Positions 22,955 to 35,316 of a DNA stretch of 64,000 nucleotides are shown piece after piece. The position numbers were made by a program, and so were the translations under genes. Under the pieces are notes generated by a model. That model was not told where the DNA came from. It saw only the letters and a list, made by a program, of their open reading frames with translations, and did no database searches. The stretch is from Octopus sinensis (Eukaryota), in NCBI RefSeq assembly GCF_006345805.1, contig NC_042999.1:8308001-8372000 (forward strand). The letters run 5' to 3'. Position 1 is the first letter of the stretch; every line of letters begins with the position of its first letter.

Positions 22955-24115
22955 TACTCTTTTACTCTTTTACTTGTTTCAGTCATTTGACTGCGGCCAT
23001 GCTGGAGCACTGCCTTTAGTCGAGCAAATCGACCCTGGGACTTATTCTTTGTAAGCCCAGTACTTATTCTATCGGTCTCTTTTTGCCGAACCGCTAAGTG
23101 ACGGGGACATAAAGACACCAGCAGCGGTTGTCAAGCAATGCTAGGGGGGGACAAACACACACACACATATATATATATGTATACATATATACGACAGGCT
23201 TCTTTCAGTTTCCGTCTACCAAATCCACTCACAAGGCATTGGTCGGCCCGAGGCTATAGTAGAAGACACTTGCCCAAGATGCCACGCAGTGGGACTGAAC
23301 CCAGAACCATGCCGTTGGTTACCAAGTTACTTACCACACAGCCACTCCTGCGCCTGTATATATATATATACATATATACGACAGGCTTCTTTCAGTTTCC
23401 GTCTACCAAATCCACTCACAAGGCATTGGTCGGCCCGGGGCTATAGCAGAAGACACTTGCCCAAGGTGCCACGCAGTGGGACTGAACCCAGAACCATGTG
23501 GTTGGTTAGCAAGCTACTTACCACACAGCCACTCCTGCGCCTATATATATATATATATATATACATATATACGACAGGCTTCTTTCAGTTTCCGTCTACC
23601 AAATCCACTCACAAGGCATTGGTCGGCCTGAGGCTACAGTAGAAGACACTTGCCCAAGATGCCACGCAGTGGGACTGAACCCAGAACCACATGGTTGGTT
23701 AGCAAGCTACTTCCCACACAGCCACTCCTGCGCCTATATATATATATATATATACATATATACGACAGGCTTCTTTCAGTTACCGTCTGCCAAATCCACT
23801 CACAAGGCATAGGTCGGCCCGAGGCTATAGCAGAAGACACTTGCCCAAGATGCCATGCAGTGGGACTGAACCCAGAACCATGTGGTTGGTTAGCAAGCTA
23901 CTTACCACACAGCCACTCCTGCGCCTATATATATATATATATATATACATATATACGACAGGCTTCTTTCAGTTTCCATCTACCAAATCCACTCACAAGG
24001 CATTGGTCGGCCTGAGGCTATAGCAGAAGACACTTGCCCAAGATGCCTCGCAGTGGGACTGAACCCAGAACCATGTGGTTGGTTAGCAAGTTACTTACCA
24101 CACAGCCACTCCTGC
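22955..24115 (-). mobile_element. Family A SINE with five tandem head+body units and a single tail
   Basis: Units at 23191-23355, 23378-23542, 23571-23735, 23762-23926 and 23955-24115, separated by (TA)n; tail 22955-23160. Confidence 0.92.
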
Positions 24116-24489
24116 CAAAGTTGATTTTATTTTTCTCTTCCATGTGAGACAGCAACAGCAATATTTTAGAATCATTAATAATTTCCATGCCACGACCGTT
24201 TTCCGTTTAGTTCACTGAACAACAACTCAAAAAACATTTAATGCTTTTCTCCATAATCTAATTTTTATTTACTTTCCTTCGTTGAACTTTCTCTCACCTG
24301 AACTAATGTGGAACTCATTAAATGCTGCCATCCAATTCCTCTCGTCTTTTAGTTGGGTTGGTTTGGATTTGTTTTGCTCTAAACTGCTTTTAAGGACCGG
24401 CCCTTGGCTGAGTTCTTCTTCGTTGATTGTGAATCAAGTTGGAAAAAATACTAATGAGAGCAGGAGGGGAAATTCTTGTTTGGTAGAGT

Positions 24490-25165
24490 GAAAGAGAGAG
24501 TGAGTGAGAGTGAGGGAGTGGGTAAGAGAGTGAGAGAATGAGTGAGAGAGTGAGAGAGTGAGTGAGAGAGAGTAAGAGAGTGAATGAGAGAGTAAGTGAG
24601 TGAGAGTGAAAGAATGGGTGAGTGGGAGAGTAGTGAGTGAGAGAGTAGTGAGTGAGTGAGTGAGAGAGTAAGAAAGTGAATGAGAGAGAGTGAGAGTGGG
24701 TGAGTGAGAGAGTAAGCGAGTGAGAGAGTAAGAGAGTGAATGAGAGAGAGTGAGAGTGGGTGAGTGAGAGAGTGAGTGAGTGAGAGAGTAAGAGAGTGAA
24801 TGAGAGAGAGTGAGAGTGGGTGAGTGAGAGAGTAAGCGAGTGAGAGAGAGTGAAAGAGTGGGTGAGTGAGAGAGTGAGTGAGTGAGAGAGTAAGAGAGTG
24901 AATGAGAGAGAGTGAGAGTGGGTGAGTGAGAGAGTAAGCGAGTGAGAGAGAGTGAAAGAGTGGGTGAGTGAGAGAGTAAGAAAGTAAATGAGAGAGAGTG
25001 AGAGAGAGAGTGAGTGAGTGAGTTAGTGAGAGAGTAAGAGAGTGAATGCGAGAGTCAGAGTGGGTGAGTGGGAGAGTGAGTAAGAGAGAGAGTGAGTGAG
25101 TGAGTTAGTGAGAGAGTGAGAGCGAGTGAGTGAGTGAATGAGTGAGAAAGAGTGAGAAAGTGAAA
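24490..25165. repeat. GA-rich (GAGT/GAGAGT) compound repeat
   Basis: Direct reading; recurring gagagagtaagagagtgaatgagagagagtgagagtgggt cassette. Confidence 0.9.
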
Positions 25166-25224
25166 GTAATTTTCTGGTGCTTTGTCAAAGATTTCTTTTT
25201 TCTCTTCCTCCTCTTCCTCCTCCT

Positions 25225-25551
25225 GATCAATATCATCGTCATCGTCATCGTTGTTGTAATCATCATCATTATCCTCATCATCATCATAATCATTGTCGTT
25301 CATCATGGAAATCTTTATCATCACCACTCCTGCTACAATGAATTTATCTCTTTTCGTCTTTCTTCTTTCTCCTCCTCCTCCTCATCAACATCAACACCAT
25401 CATCATCATCACTGTTGTTGTCATCGTTGTCATCATCATCATCATCATTATCATCATCACTGTTGTTGTCATCGTTGTCACCATCATCATCATCATCATC
25501 AAGAACATCATCATCAACAGCATCATCATTATCATCATCATCACCACCACC

Positions 25552-25585
<34 letters not shown>

Positions 25586-25645
25586 TCATGAACATCATCG
25601 TTGTCATGAACATCATCATCATCATCATCATCATCATCATAATTG
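25225..25645. repeat. (CAT)n/(CAC)n compound microsatellite
   Basis: Direct reading. Confidence 0.9.
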
Positions 25646-26145
25646 TAATCTCCATTATCCCCACTCCTGCTACAATCAATTTTTCTAGTCATACGGTGCA
25701 CAATCTTTTTTCTTTTTCTGGTTGTGGGGGGGGAGCCATAGTTTCTCCCTTCCCCGCCCCCCCCCACCTTCTGCCCCTGATTGTATAGAAGGTGAATAAT
25801 ATTTCGGGAATGATTATTATTCAGTTAACGCTATTGAGAGACGGTAATTTTGGAGGGGAAATCTGTAAAAGGTGAGAGAATATAAAACTAGGGACGATGA
25901 GGAAAAGGTAAAGAGCGGAAAAAAAATAAAGAAAAGAGGAAAGAATGAGATGACGAAGATGTTTATTTAACAGGAATTCATAAAAGAGAAGAAAAATGGT
26001 AAACACTTTTAGAATAAGGGTTGTGATGAAAGGAATCGATAATAAAACTGGTATTTAATGACATGTTGATACAAGGGGCTATTGGGGGGATATTATAAGG
26101 GAAAATGCTAACGTAATTATTATTATCGTTATTATTTTTATTACC

Positions 26146-26335
26146 AAGGTGGTAAGCTGGCAGCATGCTGGATGAAATACTTGGCAGTATTTTGTTAGTT
26201 TTTATGTTTTTATGTTCTGAGTTCAAATTCCACCGAAGTTAGCTTTGTCTTTCATCCTTTCAGGATCGATAAATTAAGAACCAGTTATGCACTGGGGTCG
26301 ATGTAATCAACCAGTCCTTTCCTCCAAATTTCAGA
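26146..26335 (+). mobile_element. Family B SINE variant
   Basis: aaggtggtaagctggcag...gttctgagttcaaattccacc...gcactggggtcgatgtaatc. Confidence 0.7.
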
Positions 26336-26599
26336 CAGATGACTAAAGACTCTGGTGCATTTTTACCTACCCTGTGTTACAAAGGAATAATAATGATTAT
26401 AATAACTTACAAAATACTCTATAGTAGAAAAGATCATTATTATCATTATTATCATCACCATCATCATTGTAAGAGTAGTAGTAGTAGTAGTAGTATAGTA
26501 GTAGTAGTAGTAGCAGCAGCAGCAGCAGAAGTAGTAATTACTATTATTGTTATTCTGAAGGATTCTCGGATAGGTCTTAATTACTGGTTATTCTTTCCT

Positions 26600-26980
26600 T
26601 GAAAGCAGGCAACAACAACAAGTCACCAAAGGTTTCAAGTGGTATCTTCTCCTGTGACTCAAAGAGACAATACTCTCCTTAAAAATGCGAGCTGTACCCA
26701 TCAATGCTGTCTTCTGGGTCATCTCAAGCCTGTCAGCAGCTCCAATATTCTTAATATGTTTTTCAAAGCCCTTGGAAACTGCTCCTAATGCTCCAATTAC
26801 CACAAGGTATCACCATTACTTTCCTCATGTCCCATAACTTTCCTATCTCTTCCCGCAGTGGTTGGCATTTCTCACTCTTTTCTCTTTCCTTAAATTTCAC
26901 CCTTGAATATTCTGATATTGCAACATCTATCATCTTTACTTCTCTTTTATCTTTATACATGAGCATGATATCTGGTTGAC
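26600..26980 (-). mobile_element. R4/Dong-type LINE 3' remnant (RLE C-terminus)
   Basis: KMIDVAIS...KEREKSEKCQPLREEIGKLWDMRKVMVIP / VIGALGAVSKGFEKHIKNIG...QKTALMGTARI. Confidence 0.82.
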
Positions 26981-27043
26981 TTACCTCTATGACTTAGTAG
27001 CACTGCATGTTAAAATCCCTGAGTATTTTGTAAATTATTACCA

Positions 27044-27400
27044 TCCGATCGTGGCCGTTCGCCAGCCTCATCTGGCACCTGTGTCGGTGGCACATAAAAA
27101 CACCATCCGAGCGTGGCCGTCTGCCAGCCTCGTCTGGCACCTGTGTCGGTGGCACATAAAAAAAAACACCATCCGAGCGTGGCCGTTCGCCAGCCTCGTC
27201 TGGCACCTGTGTCGGTGGCACATAAAATCACCCACTACACTCTCGGAGTGGTTGGCATTAGGAAGGGCATCCAGCTGTAGAAACACTGCCAGATCTGACT
27301 GGCCTGGTGCAGCCTTCGGGCTCCCCAGACCCCAGTTGAACCATCCAACCCATGCTAGCATGGAAAGCGGACGTTAAATGGTGATGATGATGATGATGAT
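27044..27400 (+). mobile_element. Family C repeat with three tandem subunits of about 60 bp
   Basis: atccgagcgtggccgtt.gccagcctcgtctggcacctgtgtcggtggcacataaaa x3, then the standard tail. Confidence 0.85.
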
Positions 27401-27439
27401 TCCTTTGTAACACAGTGTAAGTAAAAATGCACCGCAGTC

Positions 27440-27768
27440 TTTAGTCATCTGTCAAGTCACAACAAGTACTTCAGACAGATAATACTTTCCCTACGATGTG
27501 CGCTGTGCCCAATAAGGCTGCTTTTGGCAAGATATGAATCTTGCATGGAGTTTCCAGTTGCCTCAAGAAGTCTTGACGTTTCAATGGGATTGAGCCCAGC
27601 ACTTCACTCACCACTGGTATCATTTTCACATTACCCTCTCGCATTCCATACAGTCTTGCAATTTCCACTTTCAATTCAAAGTACTTGGGGATTTTTTCAA
27701 CCTCTTTACTCACAACATCCATGCCATTTGGTATGGCTACATCAATGATTTCACACTATTTGTCTCCC
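27440..27768 (-). mobile_element. R4/Dong-type LINE 3' remnant (another subfamily)
   Basis: EKIPKYFELKVEIARLYGM...IPVVSEVLGSIP...KAALLGTAHIVGKVLSV*. Confidence 0.78.
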
Positions 27769-27769
27769 T

Positions 27770-27940
27770 TATAATAATAATAATAATAATAAAAATAACA
27801 ACAACAACAACAACAACAACAACAATAACAACAACAACAATAACAACAACAACAACAACAACATCAACAACAATAATAATAATAATAATAACAACAACAA
27901 CAACAATAATAATAATTATTATTATAATAACAATACTAAT
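27770..27940. repeat. (AAT)n/(AAC)n tract between divergent RLE LINEs
   Basis: Direct reading. Confidence 0.9.
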
Positions 27941-27942
27941 GT

Positions 27943-29460
27943 AACAGGATCGAAGCGATCAATGCTTTAGCCATACCAGTCGTGACTTACAGTTTCAATA
28001 TTGTTAACTGGTCAATTACTGAAATATGTCAGCTCGACAGAAAAATAAGGAAACTGTTGACAATGCATAGAATGCACCACCCTAAGGCAGATACAGAACG
28101 ACTCTATCTGCCAAGAAAAGAGGGAGGCCGTGGTCTTTTGCAACTGGCAATATCAATGAAGATTGCTACAATTGGCCTAGACACCTACCTGAAAAAGTCT
28201 GAGGACTGGATGTTAAAACTTGTCTCAAAACATGAAAACAAGAAAGCATCATACTCAGTCACAAAACAGGCAAAGGAATATCTAAGTGAATTCCGAATAC
28301 AACCAATTTCGGAATTAGAGATAGATATACAAGAAACAAGCACAGAAAAAGCTAGGCGCATGAAAACCCGTGCCAAAACTGCGGCCTTAGATATTCTGAA
28401 TAATAAATGGCAAGAAAAACCTCTCTATGGCAAATACCCAAAGAGAGCGAATAATGCAGATATCGACAAAGCCCTGACCCATCAATGGCTAATGGCCTCT
28501 GGCTTAAAATCTGAAACAGAGGGGTTTATCATAGCAGCTCAAGATCAATGCCTACCAACAAGAAACTACCTGGCCAACATATTAAAGAACGGCAGTAGCC
28601 CAACATGTCGTGTATGCCGACAACAAAATGAAACCATTGACCATGTTGTCTCCAAATGCAGTCTTCTAGTGCCTACAGTAGGCATGATAGAGCTGCACAA
28701 TATATTCACTGGGTAATTTGCAAAAACCTGGATTTGCCCCATGAAAAAAACTGGTGGGAACACAATCCACCTCCTGTGCTTGAAAATGACCACATCTCAC
28801 TCCTCTGGAACTTCACTATTCAAACTGACAGGAAGATAGATGCAAATAGGCCAGACATTATATTGAAAGACTTCAGACAAAGAACATGCCTCCTCATTGA
28901 TATCACTGTCCCAATCGATATAAACGTATCTGTCAAGACCTACCAAAAACTGAGCAAATATAAAGATCTTGAAATAGAAATCAGCAAAATGTGGAAGCTG
29001 AAGACTAAAACAATACCTGTTGTCATAGGTGCCCTGGGAATGATAGCGAAAGGGACTGATTGCTACCTAACTCAGATACCAGGAAACCCCAAAATGGCAG
29101 AAATTCAAAAGATAGTACTCATGGGAACTGCTCATATCCTACGCAAAATACTCTCTATGTAATCCCAAGGTTTAAAACAAACTTTTTTATTTTTATTTTT
29201 TATTTATTTTTAATTTTTTTATTTATTTATTTATTAAAAAATTTTTTTTTTATTTATTTATTAAAAAATTTTTTTTTATTTTTATTTTATTTTTATTCAT
29301 TTAAAAAATTTTTTTTTTATGTATTAGACATTCACTAGTACAAAAAAAAAATATATGGCACAGAACTTCCAGGCTGTTGTCTCTTGAGGTCTCTGGGTGA
29401 GACTTGGAGCCAACCTGTACAGACATAAAGCAAAAGTCAAACATAGAATAATAATAATAA
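27943..29460 (+). mobile_element. R4/Dong-type LINE, 5'-truncated (RT C-terminus, CCHC finger, RLE, 3' UTR), frameshift near 28680
   Basis: RLYLPRKEGGRGL; ETEGFIIAAQDQCLPT; CRVCRQQNETIDHVVSKC; RHD; NRPDIILKD...IDITVP...KLSKYKDL; 3' UTR with gtctc-tgggt-gagac hairpin, ending in (AAT)n. Confidence 0.93.
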
Positions 29461-29496
29461 TAATAATAATAACAACAATAATAATAATAATAATTT

Positions 29497-30050
29497 CCCT
29501 GATGCAGTACCGGGCAGTGGCTCTAATGGCTTCTGATCTTAACTGATTGGAAGTGTTATCATGTACATTGTTTTGTCTTGGTATAAAAGATGGTCTATAG
29601 CAAATATTCTGCTCAATACCAAAAGATTTGCTTGTCAGATGTTTGACTTCAACCAGTTGAGCATGTCCCTTGGTGGCTGACGATATGTGCATCTCTGGTC
29701 ACGAACAGAAGTTATGGGGGAACATCATAGCTATGCGTTGAGAGGGATTCTTTGGAGTTTGAATTATTCACCTCTGGAAACATGGGTGTTTCGTTCAACA
29801 TCCTTAAACCACCCTTATTCAGGGACCTTTTGAGCGGGATGGGTTACTCAACCAGAAGAAAATTCTAACTGGGCCCCACCTGCAAGGTCATGTAATGGTT
29901 ATCTTGATATGAGATCATCATGTCGCGCACATATGGTTGTGATGCATGTGCCTGGTGTACCCTTATCAGATGGGTAGTCATGATAGGTATACTGGGTTTC
30001 ATATGTTTTACCCCAGTGTCACTTTGATGGCATGCATTGCTCTCTCACTC
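29497..30050. repeat. Unclassified element of about 550 bp bounded by (AAT)n on both sides
   Basis: Complex, non-coding-looking sequence between two TAA tracts. Confidence 0.5.
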
Positions 30051-30084
30051 AATAATGATAATAATAATAATAATAATAATAATA

Positions 30085-30132
<48 letters not shown>

Positions 30133-30149
30133 TGATGATGATGATGATG

Positions 30150-30194
<45 letters not shown>

Positions 30195-30205
<11 letters not shown>

Positions 30206-30241
30206 TTGAAAAATACCCTAGGAATGAGAACCCAGGTTTGC
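30195..30241 (+). repeat. Family E body fragment
   Basis: aaaaataccctaggaatgagaacccaggtttg matches the E body at 9210-9245 (minus) and 46515-46545. Confidence 0.65.
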
Positions 30242-30258
30242 AATTATCATTATTATTA

Positions 30259-30320
<62 letters not shown>

Positions 30321-30794
30321 ACTAATCAGATACCGTATGGATGACTGTGGATATATTTAGAATTGCATGTATAGTGTAGAAAATATGATATATCATCAAG
30401 GCATTAAGTAAATCAATTATTTCTACAAATTGAAGCAGTGGGGTTCATAAGGGTGCAACAACAAGGGAGGGTATGACAATCTAATTAAGGGGCACATTAT
30501 CTAATATCCGAAATCATGTAATATATTACAGATTTTTATCAGAGTCCGATTATCTAATAAATGCCATGTTACATATAATATAAGAGATTGAGTATAGTAG
30601 AAACAAATTAGTTGCCTCGTTTTAATATAGAATCTTAGTTGTTATTAGTATGGGCTTAATCCAAGGATTAATTAATCTTAAATTAGTTTCTACTTCAATC
30701 TTGTCTTACAGGGATTAAAACAAAATTGATCCTTTCTTACGTTCTCGTGAATGGAGGCAGCTCTGAACATAAATGATGCAAGTTTATAGGATCA

Positions 30795-31330
30795 CACACA
30801 CGCACACACACACACACACACACACACGTGCATGTACTCCCCTTCTGAAGCCACACACTTCATCCAGTGTCCTTTCCATTGATGTAACCATTCCTATAAC
30901 TCCCTGTTCAAGAACTCCCTTTCCATGAGCAGCTGCCTCATCACACTCCCTTGGATTTCCTTGACATCTTGAAATCTTTGTTGAGATTTTCCTATTTCTT
31001 TACAACCCACAAGGGGCTAAACACAGAGGGGACAAACAAGGACATACAAACGGATTAAGTCGATTATATCGACCCCAGTGCATAACTGGTACTTATTTAA
31101 TCGACCCCGAAAGGCTGAAAGGCAAAGTCAACCTCGGCGGAATTTGAACTCAGAACGTAAAGACAGACGAAATACGGCTACGCATTTCGCCCGGTGTGGA
31201 GTCCTTGGTTTCGGGGTCATAACCATAAACCCACGATTCTTCCCCTGTTATGATGGTTTTCTAAAAGTTTTCATCTTCTTCAACCCAGTCAAGGCGATCC
31301 TGTGCAACAGAAGCCTGATCTTCTTTTCAA
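30795..31330 (-). mobile_element. Mariner transposase remnant, split by a family B SINE (about 30990-31197)
   Basis: NF*KTIITGEESWVYGYDPETK (about 31200-31260) and QDVKEIQGSV...WLHQWKGHWMKCVASEGEY (about 30800-30950). Confidence 0.8.
30990..31197 (-). mobile_element. Family B SINE (head truncated)
   Basis: cctatttctttacaacccacaagggg...gacgaaatacggctacgcatttcgcccgg. Confidence 0.8.
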
Positions 31331-31979
31331 AATGGCCACACCCTGCACAATTCACTTTCAAACTGGCAGCATTGTTAGCACATCAGACAAAATTCCCAGC
31401 AGTATTTCTTCTGGTGTTCCAGGCCCTAAGTTCAAATCTCACTGAGGTCAACTTTGCTTCACATCCCTTTGGGGGTTGATAAAATAAAGCCCCAGTCGAA
31501 TATTGGAGCTGATGTTGTTGACTTGTACTCTCCCCTCAAAATACCTGATCTGGAACCCTGCAATGGACTAGGATCCCATTCAGGGGGAGGTTGTGACCTA
31601 AGTCATGTGTATGCCATAAAAAGTGAGGAATCAACCCTGTGAGTCTTAGGAATCATTGCCAAAAGACAAAAAAAGAAAAGACTGTTTGTCAGACGGTTTC
31701 CAATTGCATTGGATGTTTAAGATATTTTAAATATGAAACTTTGGAAAACTTTTACAGACATCCTGGTGCTGGCATGAAATTATATTTTTTTTAAATGAAG
31801 ATATTAATTTGTTCCTTTCAAACTAAAGAGCCATCAGATTAATGTAACATTTGAATATATGAGCCATATATTTCATAAAGGACAGTGGAGTGCTCTTCTA
31901 TAACCAGAAACTTTCCAGAAAAGGATTGAGGATGTATTTATGGATACAGTGAGTTAACAAAACCCTCATCACTAACAAG

Positions 31980-32318
31980 TGAAGGTGCATGGCTCAGTGG
32001 TTAGAGCATCGAACTTACAACTGTGGGGTTGGGAGTTCAAATCCTGGATTGGGCTGCATGATGTGTTCTTAAGCAAGATACTTTATTTCATGTTGCTCCA
32101 GTTCACTCAGCTGTAGAAATGAGTTGCGACGTCACTGGTGCCAAGCTGTATCGGCCCTTTTGCCTTTCCCTGGGATAACATCGGTGGCATGGAGAGGGGA
32201 GGCTAGTATGCATGGGTGACTGCTGGTCTCCTATAAACAACCTTGCCCGGACTTGTGCCTCAGAGGGTAAATTTCTAGGTGCAATCCCATGGTCAGTGTC
32301 GTGACAGAAGGGGTCTCC
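31980..32318 (+). mobile_element. tRNA-derived SINE, family D
   Basis: gtgaaggtgcatggctcagtggttagagc (A box)...gggagttcaaatcc (B box)...ttcttaagcaagatactttatttc...cactcagctg. Confidence 0.75.
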
Positions 32319-32591
32319 ATCACTATCACAGCTTCTACACTGGATACTCCTTATTAGAGAAGTAAGCAATATTCTTTCACTGCAAACTCCACACTTTAAT
32401 TAGAAGGACCTTCCTGTAGCCCTTATTTATGGAACGAAAAATAAGAACAAGCAAAACTTCTTTGTCTTCTTTAAAGGGGACAGAAGTTGTTGAGCCAATG
32501 AAAAGACCAAAACAACAAGCACCTCTTTAATGCTTAAATGACTGAGATGATTAATGAATAAGATAAACCTCATCTCCAGAGGGGATATTTA

Positions 32592-32870
32592 CCCTAGTGG
32601 TTAGGGTGTTGCACTCACAATCAAGGATTCAATATCCAGATTGAGTGGTGTGTTGTGTCCTTGAGCAAGACACTTCATTTCTCACTGCACCAGTCCACTC
32701 AGCTGTACATAGGTCACTCTGGGATGGACTGGCCTTTTGATCAGGGGGAATGCTGGCCACCTAACCAAGCCAACTGGGGGACATCCTTTGAAAGCTAAAA
32801 AAATGTAAAGTGCATTGTGGCCAGCGATGTATAACAACATCTAATGGTCTGATTGATCACAGGATTATGG
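32592..32870 (+). mobile_element. tRNA-derived SINE with D-type centre and F-type tail
   Basis: cctagtggttaggg...tgtgtccttgagcaagacacttc...; tail gcattgtggccagcgatgtataacaacatct shared with 60872-61149. Confidence 0.65.
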
Positions 32871-33084
32871 GATATTTCAATTAGATTAAAATTAGATCTT
32901 CAATCATCATCAGACACCTAACAGCCGAATGTTTATATGCTCCATCAGATGAGGTCCAACTTCATCACAGGTTGATGAAGACCTGCAACTGGTCATCATT
33001 GTAACCCTGCATCACCTTCTGATGATCAAATGGCTGACAAATAATTTTGCCATCCCCTTGACCAGAATTAAAAAAAAAATAATC

Positions 33085-33545
33085 ATGAAATTATTGTATA
33101 CAGTGCTCAGGTGCACCACAACTTGTCAGAAAGTGCATATAGAGTATATGCAGTAATGTGCAAATGTCTGGGAAGAGAACAGTGTATGAGTCAGATACAT
33201 GCCTGTGTGTGTATGGAGGGGAGAAAATCAGGTGTAGTGTTGGCGAATCTCAGAAAGCATGGAAGTTTTGAAGGATGCAGTGCTCCAGCAACTAACAACT
33301 GATGCCGGCAGTTTGTTCCATGCTTCAGCAACTCTTAGCGTGAAAAAATGTTTCCGAAAGTCATGGGAGCTGTGCTGTTTTCTGACTTTGTAAACATGTC
33401 CACGGGTGTTAGACAGGTGGAGTTTGAAAAGGTGCTCAGAGTTATTGTTTGTAAGATGGTTGATAATTTTATGGGTGTCTGCCAAGTCAGCTGCCAGACG
33501 TCAGAGTTTGAATGTGTCCATGCCCAGAGAAGTAAGGCATTCAGA
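33085..33545 (-). mobile_element. CR1-clade LINE 3' remnant
   Basis: DLADTHKII...SNTRGHVYKVRKQHSSHDFRKHFFTLRVAEAWNKLPASVV...SFK, plus 3' UTR; the tail recurs at about 53020-53050. Confidence 0.85.
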
Positions 33546-34210
33546 GTATGGCAAAAATATGAATGAAAAAAATATGAATGTGCCAAAAATATGAATATGG
33601 CAAAAATATGAATAAAAAATATAAAACCTGTACGTATTTGTGTGTGTGTGTGTGTAAAATGTGAGTGTGCTTGTTAAGGGCCATCACTACCAATATTCTA
33701 GTGGCAGGATTATCTGGCTTAATGAAATAGTTCCATGGAAATAACACCAGTGTTCAATTCTATTGTGAATTAGTCAGGGCCAGAGCTCATAAAGAAAACT
33801 CAAAAAAGGACTCAGTAGCAGAAATGTTGTGGCAACAATTTGGCTAAATATGTTCCAAGACTTCATTTAAACTAGGAAGATTTATTCCTGAACAAATTTC
33901 GAAATCGCTTTTGTGACCGAGCAAGTGTATACATCTGATAATAAGACACTTGATGACAGTTAAACACTGAGTCAATGAAAACAGGTTGTAAATATTGAAA
34001 ACAGATAGAGAAATATTCTGAAAATACTCGCAAAATTTGAAGTTAACAGTTTGGAAAATTCACAGTGTTAACAAGCTTCCAGTGAGGAGAGTAAAGCAAT
34101 GTCTATTGTCGGAGTGATAGGATGAAAAGCATTGTTTCTTTCGTGAGTAATCCAACTCTGGAACCAGTCAACTGTGGCACTCCAGAAAAAGAAAGAAAAA
34201 TTCAAATACT

Positions 34211-34490
34211 CATCATCATCATCGTTTAATGTCTGCTTTCCATGCTAGCATGGGTTGGACGATTTGACTGAGGGCTGGCGAACCAGATGGCTGCACCAGG
34301 CTTCAATCTTGATCTGGCAGACTTTCTACAGCTGGATGACCTTCCTAATGCCAACAACTCCGAGAGTGTAGTGGGTGCTTTTTATGTGCCACCAGCATGG
34401 GGGCCAGTCAGGTGGTACTGGCAATGACCTCGCTTGAATCCTTTACACATGCCACCGGCACAGGTGCCAGTAAGGCGATGCTGGTAACAA
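34211..34490 (-). mobile_element. Family C repeat
   Basis: Diagnostic tail and body. Confidence 0.8.
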
Positions 34491-35283
34491 TTAGTCTATT
34501 TTAAATAAGTAGTGAAATAGAGAGGTTAATCTCAACTTTCAGACATTCTTTAATGCCTGACAATTCCAGCAGATTTACCATTCCACCACCAGACTGCCAA
34601 ATCTGCCAGAAACAAAAGCAGAATGAATGCGTTCTCCAAACTCTTCCACTTTAATTTCAAAACACTAATGTCAAACATCTAAAATTGAGTTCTCTTTGCT
34701 AAAGACAAAAATTAACTGGCAAAAATAAAAACAAAAAAGCATTAAAAAAAAGCAGCAAAAATACAAAAACCTGTTTCACTAAAGTCATTTTATAAGTTTT
34801 GTAATCACTGGAAAATGCAGTGAGACAGAAAAAAACTTGTCTGCAACACAATGGACATAAATTCTTGCACAAGTTTTTGACACTTTGGCAATGAAATGTA
34901 TTTAGGCTTTTTTTGTTTTTTTGTTTCCGTACTTGCTCTTTTAGCTGCTGCTGCTGATGTTGCATTTATTTATTATCATTATTATCATTAACATTATTAT
35001 TTTCATTGTTGTTGATGTTGTGATTGTAGTCTTTGTTATCGTTATAATCATCATCATCATCATCATCATCATCACTATTAAATTATTATTATTATTATTA
35101 TCATTATTATTAACAATATTATTATTATTATAATTATTATGCACAACTACTACTACTACTACTACTACTACTGCTACTACTACTACTACCACTAGTATGT
35201 ATATGCATATATATATGTACGTAGTAGTAGTAGTATATATAGCAAAATTATATTTATTGTATAGTAGTAGTATATACATGTAT

Positions 35284-35316
<33 letters not shown>

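Noticed and set aside
29900-30050. HDV-like ribozyme at the end of the unclassified element
   Set aside because: Hairpins are present, but I could not assemble the nested double pseudoknot.
32935-33000. Further hammerhead-like motif (cagatgaggtc...gacc)
   Set aside because: Both core segments deviate and no stem I or stem III was found.
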